The position numbers were made by a program, and so were the translations under genes. A stretch of DNA of 63,111 nucleotides, filler included, from Choristocarpus tenellus KU-1152 (taxonomy: Eukaryota; Protista; Phaeophyceae): assembly GCA_964200185.2 (NCBI GenBank). It is 10 parts of 10 records of this genome, joined end to end, with 100 filler letters (N's around TTAATTAATTAA, not from the genome) between each part and the next. Parts side by side here need not be neighbours in the genome. Positions count along the whole stretch, not along the records: positions 1 to 3,633 come from CAXNAD020018836.1; positions 3,734 to 7,720 come from CAXNAD020016790.1; positions 7,821 to 12,164 come from CAXNAD020015010.1; 7 more parts are not named here. The stretch is one strand, 5' to 3'. Positions 1 to 9,227 of the stretch are shown piece after piece. How positions within the stretch are numbered: the stretch's first letter is position 1; each line of letters opens with the position of its first letter. The notes beneath the pieces were generated by a model that searched no databases, was not told the origin of the DNA, and worked only from the letters and a program-made list of their open reading frames with translations.

Positions 1-188
1 CAGTCATTACTCCACGCTGAAGGGATCTCTAGCTTTGTATATCAGACATCTAGGCATGGTAACCGCAAAGTGAACCGGGTGAGTACGGTCGGATCACATT
101 GTTCTCAGATAGGACTACTATTGTGTGTTCAAGCAGGGGGGAACAAGACCTTGGTACAAGTGACACTGTGTACATACTTCAAACCCAC

Positions 189-670
189 TTCCTCACGCTG
201 GCGGATGCTCTTGCGTTAGGTGTACCTTTGCAGGCGTCGATGACCTGATTTGATATCCCGAACGATGCCTTGAAGAACTTTGTACAGACGGGAATGCCGG
301 CCGCGAGCATAGATCCACATCCAGGTCCCAACTTGACCACTGGTACACGATCACTAACGAACTCCTTGCGATCTTGGCGGTTGTCACACGCCAGTATGAT
401 GTCCTGCTCTTTGGCCAAGGTGTGTGCAAGGAAGGACTCGCCACCTGCCGTGAACTTCGTAACGCAGGCTAAGTGCGTGCAGCAATTACCCTGTTCGTTG
501 GCTGGGATGGGTTCAGTCCACCCCGATCGAAGCTTGGCGCCGGTCGCTGAAGCGTCATTGACATGAAGCTCCAGCGTATCATTATTGGCGGGCTGGTGTG
601 GGGGCAACGCAGGGGGAGACGTAGGCGACACAAGCCACTCCCACTCCCTTGCTGTGGAAGCAACTGGCAT
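189..670 (-). CDS. N-terminal exon of a probable DNA-transposon transposase (Sola/DUF7869-like), partial
   Basis: ORF 179-685 with ATG at 670 and a GT donor (GTGGGT) at 188. Contains CCTHLAC..KF and PVCTKFFKASFGISNQVI, resembling the C..C / VC..FF...FGIS motifs upstream of the DDE core in Sola/DUF7869-type transposases. Catalytic core not in the window. Confidence 0.5.
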
Positions 671-776
671 GGTCTTTTCGAGCAACAGGCGGTCTTGGGC
701 AATAGTAAGAAGGTATAGGAGTTATTAGATTTGAAAACGAGCGTATGAACTTTGTTTTATCCTTTTCATGATCGGT

Positions 777-1140
777 GGGACCACCCTTTCGATTCCACCG
801 ATCTTGAAAATCCGTGCGTTTTATTTTTCAGAAGTTGTAGGATAGATTATATCCGTGATTTCTATTTTTGAAAAAATCCAATTATATCAGTGTTTGTATT
901 TTTGAAGATATCAAACACTTACTTCATTGTTATTGTATATCTTCAATGTTCCGAAATCAACTTTGTTTCGTCCTCGGGCGATAGAAGGGACCACCCTTTC
1001 GATCCCACCGATCCTGAAAATCCGTGTGTTACATTTTTCAGAAGTTGTGAATCAGATAATTCCCGTTAATTATATTTCTATAAAATACAACTATATCAGG
1101 AGTGATTTGTATTTTTGAAGATATCAATCACATACTTATT
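777..1140 (+). repeat. Tandem duplication, ~211-bp period (second copy truncated)
   Basis: GGGACCACCCTTTCGAT(T/C)CCACCGATC(T/C)TGAAAATCCGTG at 777 and 988; similarity continues through TATATCAG..TTTGTATTTTTGAAGATATCAA. Confidence 0.85.
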
Positions 1141-1234
1141 TTATCTTGTATGTTTCCACTTTACAGTAACCAGGTTTAGACAAAAAACAACCCCAGCTCT
1201 CTACGTAATTGAAGTCCAGCAACTTATCGAATTG

Positions 1235-1735
1235 GATATGATTAGTGAAAGTATCTTGGAGGGTACGTTTTTAGCCTTGTTTGTCCGTTGTTTGGGGCTT
1301 GGCATCACAAGTTTTTTTTCAAGACGTTTTCCTATTTCCTGAACAATTTAGAGTAGGTGTGTATGGAAAAAGGATATTGGCACTCCCTAACATACACAAC
1401 AGCCCAAAGTTAATCAAAATCGCAGCATATGAATTTGCCCCAAATACACAACAAACAGAGAGCCAAATTATCTTAGAGGGTAGAGTCGCGTCCGTTTGGG
1501 AGCCAAAATCTGACATATAGTTTTGGACATAGTCTTGGTCATCTTGTTTGTTATGAAGTATCAATGTTCATGTTCCGGACACTGTTTTCCATAACATTTA
1601 CATTTTACCCACTACTACTCCAAAACGTTTTGGAATAGGAAAATGTCAAAACGAAACCCACCGGAAGCCAAGCCTCACATTGAGAAACAGAGCCAAACTC
1701 GTACCCTCTACGAAACTTTCACTCAGACTCGACCC
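1235..1735. repeat. Degenerate long inverted repeat (old foldback/MITE-like element)
   Basis: 1240-1375 (AGTGAAAGTATCTTGGAGGGTACG..GGCTTGGCATC..GACGTTTTCCTATT) matches the reverse complement of ~1595-1730 (AGTGAAAGTTTCGTAGAGGGTACG..GGCTTGGCTTC..GACATTTTCCTATT). Confidence 0.6.
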
Positions 1736-1829
1736 TAACCTTCAACTTGCTCTGAGTCATACAGTAATTGTCATAAACGTATTTGTCGAAAATAATAGTC
1801 AAGTTATGTAAAGGTGTTTACCACTAACC

Positions 1830-2074
1830 AGGAATACGAAAGAGCCGCTTCCTTATGCTACATATGGTTTATATAAACCCTAAACACTAAAAACCGTGAT
1901 TAAACCCTAAGTACGGACTTTAGGGGTCTCAAACGTTTCAATTTCACAAACCTAAGAGGTCATTCCAACTGGTACATATGGTTTAAATAAACCCTAAACA
2001 CACCAAATGGTTTGGTGTGTTTAGGGTTTATTTAAACCATATGTAGCACAAAGAAGCGGTTCTTTCGTATTCCT
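1830..2074. repeat. Nested inverted repeat: outer ~57-bp imperfect arms plus a perfect 35-bp hairpin (1973-2045)
   Basis: 1831-1887 is the reverse complement of 2017-2073 with mismatches. TACATATGGTTTAAATAAACCCTAAACACACCAAA-tgg-TTTGGTGTGTTTAGGGTTTATTTAAACCATATGTA is a perfect stem with a 3-nt loop. Confidence 0.9.
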
Positions 2075-2563
2075 TCTTATCAGTAACAATGAATACCGTT
2101 GAACACTCAGAACATGTGCAATAGGGTTTTTCCAAAAGCAGAATGGTCGTCTAATCCTTACACCAACAAATACAGATACAAACCGCATTCCTATTGATCT
2201 CATACGTTCAAAACGTGATCGTAGGCCGAAAGGGTCACGAAAATACAGACACCCTCTGTCTCAGTTCAATATGAAATCCTATGCAGTTAAATATTCGTAT
2301 TTTCGTAACGTGAATCTCAAAAATCTGAGTTTTTAGGATCGAAAGGTCAGACGACATAAAACAGCACCTACCATCCGTCAGTCCTCATTTCAATTCATTC
2401 CCTACTGTAGATACCAAGCAGACCTCTTACTTACCCATCCCCATACTCAGTATTAATAAACTTTACTATATTAGATAAAGTTTGGAAAAAAATATCTGAA
2501 TTAGATTAAATCTCTTATATTGCGATTACTTAATAAAAAATAAAGTTTCGGTATTTCTAAAAA

Positions 2564-2636
2564 TCGAAAGAGTAGAATTGAACCTACGACTTTCTGCTCC
2601 TAAAGCAGACACGCTACCAAACTGCGTCATCTCTCT
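2564..2636 (-). pseudogene. Organelle-type tRNA-Pro pseudogene (anticodon reads TAG instead of TGG), probable NUMT
   Basis: Cloverleaf: D arm ACGC-AGTTTGGTA-GCGT, anticodon arm TCTGC-TTTAGGA-GCAGA, short variable loop, T arm GTAGG-TTCAAT-TCTAC, acceptor AGAGAGA/TCTTTCG+A. The 1:72 pair is broken and the T loop is 1 nt short. Flanked by a very AT-rich tract (2450-2560). Confidence 0.75.
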
Positions 2637-2658
2637 CATACACTAACCCAATCTTGTC

Positions 2659-3097
2659 ATGTCGAACATTTCAAGAACAACAACCCACCCGCCCGCCGAT
2701 GGGAAACGTTTGGAACCCAGAAGCCAGGACCTACGCCAAGCTAGCATGTCCCGGCCATTGGATGATCATTATCTAAGGCCATTTAAAATGAAGCTGGGAC
2801 ATATAACATGCACGGATATGGTGCGTCCCCTGAGTTGGCGGGGCCTCGAGCGCGTGACGAAATCAATAAATGATAAAGGCTGGCTGGACCAGTTTGCTCT
2901 GAGTGTTGTCGTCCAGCGAGAAGGCTTAGGTCATATGGACCAACTGAACGACGAAACAGCGCTTGCCATCGAAGGGCGAGTATTGGACGGAAACCACATG
3001 ATAATGGTGCTGAAGAGATTGTACGATCCCGAGCGCGCTTTCACCATGCGGATCTACATAGAGTTCAACCAAACAGAAGAGAGGCTAATTGCCAACG
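2659..3097 (+). CDS. Exon encoding a ParB/Srx-like N-terminal domain (probably a pseudogenised copy)
   Basis: VRPLSWRGLERVTKSINDKGW...RVLDGNHMIMVLKRL follows the ParB pattern (R.....L..SI...G and V.DG.HR..AL), with the conserved R read as M. GT donor (GTGGGT) at 3098. Confidence 0.65.
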
Positions 3098-3299
3098 GTG
3101 GGTGACGGAGTGTTTTCGTTGTTCCATAATTGCCTGATGACTATTCTGATACATGAAGTTGTTGTCGAGTTTGCCTTGCTGTGTTCATTGACAGTAAGTC
3201 CATTGTGGTCCTTTTCTTTGCTCATCATATTTATTCATCATGCTGTCCTTCTTGTCGTGCTGTCCGTCTACTGTGTCGTGTGTCATGATGTCCAAACAG

Positions 3300-3585
3300 G
3301 AGTGAGATCACTGCACTACACGACCTTCACCCTCTCGACCCCACGATATCCTTAGACACACTTGGTGATTTCGCCTTCCCCAACGCGCCAAAGCTCGCCA
3401 TAGTGTCCATTGCCGCCGAGCAAAGACTCCTCATCGACGAAGAGGCGACCAACACACACCTGCGTGATATGCTTCAATGCTTGCGGCCTAAGATGCATCT
3501 TCAGGGCACCACCGCGCTCTTGGTGCCCCATCCGTGGAAGGTGCATTTACACCGCCTATACCTTTAGTTGCAGAGTTCGCCAGCG
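3300..3585 (+). pseudogene. Methyltransferase-like exon, paralog of 4254-4539; nonsense codon and MITE-interrupted
   Basis: After acceptor CAG (3297-3299): ..FAFPNAPKLAIVSIAAEQRLLIDEEATNTHLRDMLQCLRPKMHLQGTTALLVPHPW.. TAG at 3565-3567 where the paralog has GAG. A MITE starts at 3586. 3241-3585 aligns with the reverse complement of ~4254-4598, including intron sequence. Confidence 0.75.
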
Positions 3586-3633
3586 GACCCAAAGTATCTG
3601 GGAGGGGGGGGGGGGGGTCAAAGCTGGTGGACG
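3586..3633 (+). mobile_element. MITE family 1, left end (cut by gap)
   Basis: GACCCAAAGTATCTGGGA-G(n) terminal inverted repeat. Confidence 0.85.
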
Positions 3634-3733
3634 NNNNNNNNNNNNNNNNNNNNNNNNNNNNNNNNNNNNNNNNNNNNTTAATTAATTAANNNNNNNNNNN
3701 NNNNNNNNNNNNNNNNNNNNNNNNNNNNNNNNN
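3634..3733. other. Artificial contig spacer N44-TTAATTAATTAA-N44 (also 7721-7820, 12165-12264, 15882-15981, 24661-24760, 29080-29179, 32281-32380, 37711-37810, 53056-53155)
   Basis: Identical 100-bp linker with stop codons in all six frames, nine times. Confidence 0.99.
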
Positions 3734-4149
3734 ATGATCCTCCACAACCAAGCCCACCTTCGAAGCCATAAGGGCCCCTGAAAGAAGAGAAGGCGGGAGC
3801 GAGCGCGTGGGTCCGGCATGCGTCAAACTTGACAGTGACATCACACAAGTAGTTATTGTAGGGAATTCATGAAATCTCATACCACTAGCATTATAATAGT
3901 ACAATGAGTGTGGAACGCAAGGCAAATAACAAGTGCAAAGAATGCAAATAATAGGAAATTCTGTAATAGAAGGAAAGACGGCAAAAAAAATGTAGTGAAG
4001 ACAAATAACACCAGCATGCGATTCGCGTACAATGAAACAATGAACTACGAAGGACCCGGGGGAAAGAGGAAGAGACACAAAAGAAATAGAAGGTACGAAG
4101 AACATGAAACAACATGGGGAAAGTGAAAAAGAAAGACACACGACATAAC

Positions 4150-7100
4150 CCGCATCTCCTGAACGGCCGCACAATATTCGATGGGCACACGGACGGACTG
4201 ATAACGGCCATGGCGGATTGCAATAGTCTCCCGCAATATACCCCGTATTTCAGCGCTGGCGAACTCTGCAACTCACTGTTTAGGCGGTGAAATTGCGAGG
4301 ACCACGGGTGGGGCACAAATAGCGCGATGGTGCCCTGAGGATGTAGCTTCACCTGCAAGCACTTAACCACCTGGCACAAGTGTGTGTTGGTCGTCTCTTC
4401 GTCATTGATGATTCTTGGCTCAGCGGCAATGGACACTATGGCGAGCTTTGGCTTGTTGCGGAAAGCGAACTCTTTCAGGTGGTCGAAGGGTACCGTAGGG
4501 TTGAGAGGGCGAAGGTCGTGTAGTGCAGTGTTCTCAGTCCTGGTTGGACATCATGACACACGACACAGTAGACAGACAGCACAACAAGAAGGACAGCGTC
4601 GTAAGCAACGGTGCAGGCAATTGTATCATTAAGTGAGGTCCTGACAATATTTCCACAGCATCCCCAAAATGTCAAGCCGTACCCTCCACAATGTCAGACC
4701 CATCAGATACATCTCGTGGAAGGAGGGTAGACGTCAAAACACTAAATTCCATGGCCCATGGAAACCTCCAAAAATACGACACAGAACGATGCACAAAGGA
4801 TGAGCGATCCGCATGATGTACAAGCAACCAAGACCTACGTGCAAACCAATGCGAAACCAAACACGCAGAGACGACTTGTATGTCCGTATAATGTGCAACC
4901 ACGCCAAGACCCACATGCACTTCTTTATGTCCGCCGTTTCGCTGCGTGAAGGAGGACGTAAAAGGCTTTGCCTGGTGGGTGACCCGCCCGTGCTCCTTGC
5001 GTGACCCTTACCCTTGCCCTTGCCCATGCCCCAACCCGCCGCTTTGTTCCCCACCGATCCAGACCCTTCACTGCCCTCCTGTGCCATGGGGCAATTGATA
5101 CATAATCGACCTTGTGCCTCTCGTCGCCTACAATCTCCACGTAGGTACATTCGCCCATATGCGTGATGGAGCACTTTGGGCATGAACACCTGTCGCGCGT
5201 GTCATCGAACGAGAGCGTTAAACAGACAGGATAGTATTTTTCTAAGTCGTTAATTGGGCGCAACAACGCAATGCGGGGATCAACGGTTACAAAGGACCAC
5301 GAAATTAGCGGCGCGAAACAGTACGAATTAGTACAGGTGAGATACAACAGTCAGTTTTGTACGTGCATTAACACACAATCGGACTGTGGCAAATAAAGAG
5401 ACGCGGGGGCAGCGACCGCAGCGCCACACACAGAGGGACCCCGCAAGTTCCACCGGTTTAATGGCATGCACCGCTGAAGAGAGACAACCTAGTTAGTCGT
5501 TTGGGGGATTGGATGGAAACCAATCTTACACCATTAATTACCCGCCATCCCCGTGTGCACCGTTACAACTACGTTACTCACGGAGATGTAGGTGGAGGAT
5601 TGCATTCAGTACAGCAAACGCCCGCGCTCCACCCTATATGGCCGTTTTGTTCTTCTTCCGCACCAGGAACGCTGCCGACAGAACCCCCTTCGCCCATATC
5701 CTCCCTGTCTGGCAGTCCGTCCCCTCCCTCGTCTTCTTTCTCACTGCCATCTGATGCCGATCCGTTGTTGCTCTCGATGTCTGCACCGCCGCTATCACAG
5801 CCCCGCCCGCTGTGTACCCAGTGGAGGTTGACCTGGTTGAGGACATCCTGGTATTTCCCATCCCAGGTGGTGAGGTAAGCACGTAGAGTCGAGTCCTTCT
5901 CGAGAATCTGGTGGTGGACAGGGCGGAGGACGTTGTTGAGAAGAGGAGGGGACGAAAGTGACGTCAAAGATGGGAGACTGTAACGGAAGTATGATAGCAT
6001 GTCAATCGAACAGAGCAAACGATACGGTTGACGTGGTGAACATGTTTAATGGAGGCGGCTTGCGGGGCGAAATAGTTTGAAATAAGTCCATGTCGAGGAC
6101 GCCAGCCTGTCTGTAGGTTACGACAGTGACACGTGTTGGAGGCAGAAACGAGGTGGAGATTGACCGAGATTGTTGTCTAGAGTAGAAGGAAACGATTGGC
6201 TACTCCCACTATTAGCAACGAAAGACTAGAACTGACAAAACAGCATCGTTTGTTGTAGGGAAGGCAACTCTGTCGCTCATGATGATGACAAAGATCCACC
6301 ACCAATCCTACCAAGCGTCAACTAATTGTTTTTGCAAAAGCCATTTCAGCTGTAATTACGAACACAGGAGGCACACTCACGGCTCTGACCCGTTGCAGAG
6401 GTTTCATTCCGACAACCGTCGAGATGTTTGCCCTCAGCTGCTGGACGGGGCCCGCTTGTTGGTCACCAGATGAAACCTTCTGCAGAAGTTGGGCCACCTC
6501 CTTCTTCCTCTCCTCGTGGTGGGGTTTGACCCAGATCTTGTGCATATTGCACTTCTCAAATGTGAGCCTGTCTATTTCCCTGGCAGCCCATGCATCATTC
6601 ACGTAATGTCCCAAGTGCAGAGCAGTTTTGCAACAATCAATCGGTGCGGTGCCGAAAAAGATGCTGATAGCATACTTTACGATTGAGGGGCGCATGGCGA
6701 CGGATGGGTGTGCAGGAGATGCAGAAAAGGCAAAAAAAGAGAACCGCTGCAACTGCACCATTTACCAACCTTTGGAGCTCTGGTGTCCACTTCTCCTTGG
6801 GTACAATCTGCCTGGTGCGCAAGATAAGCATCTCAGACATGTGCGCGTCCGATTCGATCTCCTTGTAGTCCCTCACCATAGGAACCCTCCCGTTGAATGA
6901 CTTGTACCTGTAAAAAGAGAATGGCAATGAAGGACGTCAATGAGAACAATGCGCAGGCAATGATGAGTAAAGGGTCACCACTGCAGAAAATATTCTATGG
7001 AATGATTGTCGTAGTTCAGAAAAGACAAGAGCACACATGCACAGGAAACACACACTGCAGGTAGTATTTCCACAGTACTACGAACGGTTAGTCGTTCCAT

Positions 7101-7445
7101 ACAACAATGCATGACTACAGTCTTCATCATAGGGGACACTTATTGAACGTTCCTGTACAAGGTGCTGCGACCGGCACACATGTCCTTTACTGCTGTCTAC
7201 ACGATAAAACACAGTGGCGGTTTGACTTGCCTCGCAAGCAGACGGATGCATAGCCCCTGCTTCAAAGAAGTGAAGCCGGCAAACTCCTCGCGAGTCAGAT
7301 AGTTCAGTGTGACCGCGTAGCGGTTGACCTGTGATGACGAGGTCTCACACACTTCCTTCAGTACCTCAAAGGACTCTGGCTGAAGGGACTTCACACCTTT
7401 CTGCCAGTTTCGTACAGTCGATCTCGGCGGGGGAGTAACACCCAC
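4150..7445 (-). CDS. Multi-exon gene (5'-partial, probably frameshifted): HTH-like region, acidic tract, PHD-like zinc finger, basic tract, degenerate DNA methyltransferase-like domain
   Basis: Exons 7445-7231 (GC donor GCAAGT), 6907-6770, 6663-~6390, 5907-5582, 5189-~4921, 4539-~4150. The 7231/6907, 6770/6663 and 5582/5189 junctions are phase-compatible; the other joins are uncertain and may need small extra exons. Splicing 5582 to 5189 gives CCTECNPPPTSPCSCPKCSITHMGEC, and a CINC follows after a 1-nt shift. The last exon has KLAIVSIAAEP...LHPQGTIALFV. Confidence 0.6.
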
Positions 7446-7820
7446 CTTCGCAATGGACAGAAAAGAAAAATTATGATGCACCCAGTCAGCCAAGATGAGG
7501 CATCATTATTACCACGCCAACGAGGTATCTATGAGTGGAGGGGGGTGTTATTCAGCGGCCTGGCCTAATGATAAAACAAACAAGAACGCTTTTTATTGTT
7601 TGTGTATATACAACAGAGACACAGCATGCGGTTGCCCACAAAGGAGAGGGTTTGGTTCACAAAATGACGCATCGTGCGTTTATTATCTCAGGCAACCCCG
7701 CAACGGTCCGGGTAAGGAGANNNNNNNNNNNNNNNNNNNNNNNNNNNNNNNNNNNNNNNNNNNNTTAATTAATTAANNNNNNNNNNNNNNNNNNNNNNNN
7801 NNNNNNNNNNNNNNNNNNNN

Positions 7821-7860
7821 GTGTAGACCCCCCTCCTCCCCCCACCAGATACTTTGAGCT
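7821..7860 (-). mobile_element. MITE family 1, left end in reverse orientation (cut by gap)
   Basis: GTGTAGACCCCCCTCCTCCCCCACCAGATACTTTGAGCT. Confidence 0.85.
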
Positions 7861-8175
7861 TGATGGAACAAGTTCACACCATGCAGCTCTCCAGCCAGTG
7901 GACACCCCAGCAACAAACAGCAAATCTCCGACACATACGAAGGTCAGGATGTGCTGGATAACGTCTCTGATGTCATCACCGATCCTTCTCTTGGTGCAAT
8001 TATGGCCAACACCTGCATCCCCACATGTCGGTCTTCTTTTCTTCTTAATTGGCCTGTTCTTCCTCCAGATGTAGGGGATGTAAACCAGCCTACGGCAACG
8101 AGGGCAATGTATGAAGAGTAGAACGAAGTCAGGTTGGCAAGGTGGAGGTGTCCTTCTTTTTCCTTGTAATAACCC
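7861..8175 (-). pseudogene. F-box-like N-terminal fragment, MITE-interrupted
   Basis: Minus-strand frame ..DDIRDVIQHILTFVCVGDLLFVAGVSTGWRAAWCELVPS runs directly into the MITE TIR; in-frame TGA upstream. Confidence 0.5.
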
Positions 8176-9227
8176 TCACTCTTCGCCTTAATCTTTTCCG
8201 TCCTCCTATTCTCCTTAATAACAATAATAAATGTCGATAGTAGGTACTCAAACAGAAGTTCAAAATAAATTAAACAAGAAATTGTATCTATTTGAAGAAA
8301 TATGTATGATGTAAGGAGTGCTTGATATACAGTGTGAAGCGTGTGTAGATCTCTTTTTCGGATTGTTCATCGACACTGTAATCACACAAACGAAGGGTTG
8401 AAGGGAGAAGCTCTAGACTTAGAGTTGGAGCTTAGGGTGTAGTATGACGAACTCGTTAGTCGCTGGAGGTAGGCTTGATGTAGTTCCTCTAAAAATACCT
8501 CACTTATTGGTCAATTTCTGAATGTTATCTGGAACAGTCGCTTGAGCGATATTGATACCTGTATCATGGCTGTGGACACAGTATAATCCCCTTCGAATAA
8601 ATAATTTTAGGTGACGAAGTTGTGATAGTGCTAGATATGGATGTATTATGTTGTTACTGTGGAAGTCTGTGGAAGATGGCTTCTGGGTCATGCCTTGTGC
8701 TGGCCACTTACCCTTCCGCCCTCCACACATACCCCCAAACGGTACACAAGGACCTCACAAGTCCGTACATATTCACACAACGCGATTGAGCATTGATCGT
8801 GCTTCGGGAATCCGTGCCATTCCCCCTTGCCCTTGGATCGTTGTCACTGAACTCTGTGCTACAGGTATCAGCCCTGAGGAGGCAGCCCACGAGTTCAGCG
8901 CTCTCAACACACTACTTCTGGTGAAAACCTTCAACCCCTCTCTACTAACTCTTCATGGAAATTTCATACACATGCTCGATGAACAGTTAAAGATTTGATT
9001 CAAAGGCCTATGTGTCGCCGGATTAACCCCTGCCTAGTCGCGCTTGAGAAATGTGACCTTATTGGCGTTACACATCTTGGTTTTGTGCTGAGGTTCACTG
9101 TTCGAATTGGCGGTGTCAAAACTTTTTTCGTGCAGTTGTACTTCTCTTATACTACCTAAGTATCGCTTTTTGTAACCCCAAATTCTCTCTATTGCTGTCG
9201 CCACCTCGCCACCAATGTTATGTTCAG

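Noticed and set aside
2564-2636. Functional tRNA-Leu(TAG) or recoding tRNA
   Set aside because: No long variable arm, Pro-type body, broken acceptor pair and shortened T loop.
3678-3689. TTAATTAATTAA recurring nine times
   Set aside because: Always centred in N44 flanks: an artificial linker, not a biological repeat or piggyBac TTAA site.
3241-4598. Apparent large inverted repeat spanning the first gap
   Set aside because: The arms lie on different contigs joined artificially; treated as dispersed paralogs rather than a hairpin or TIR pair.
8640-9000. Minus frame with many in-frame TGA codons (possible selenoprotein or alternative code)
   Set aside because: Also contains TAG and has no recognisable domain; CpG-to-TpG decay or a non-coding frame explains it.
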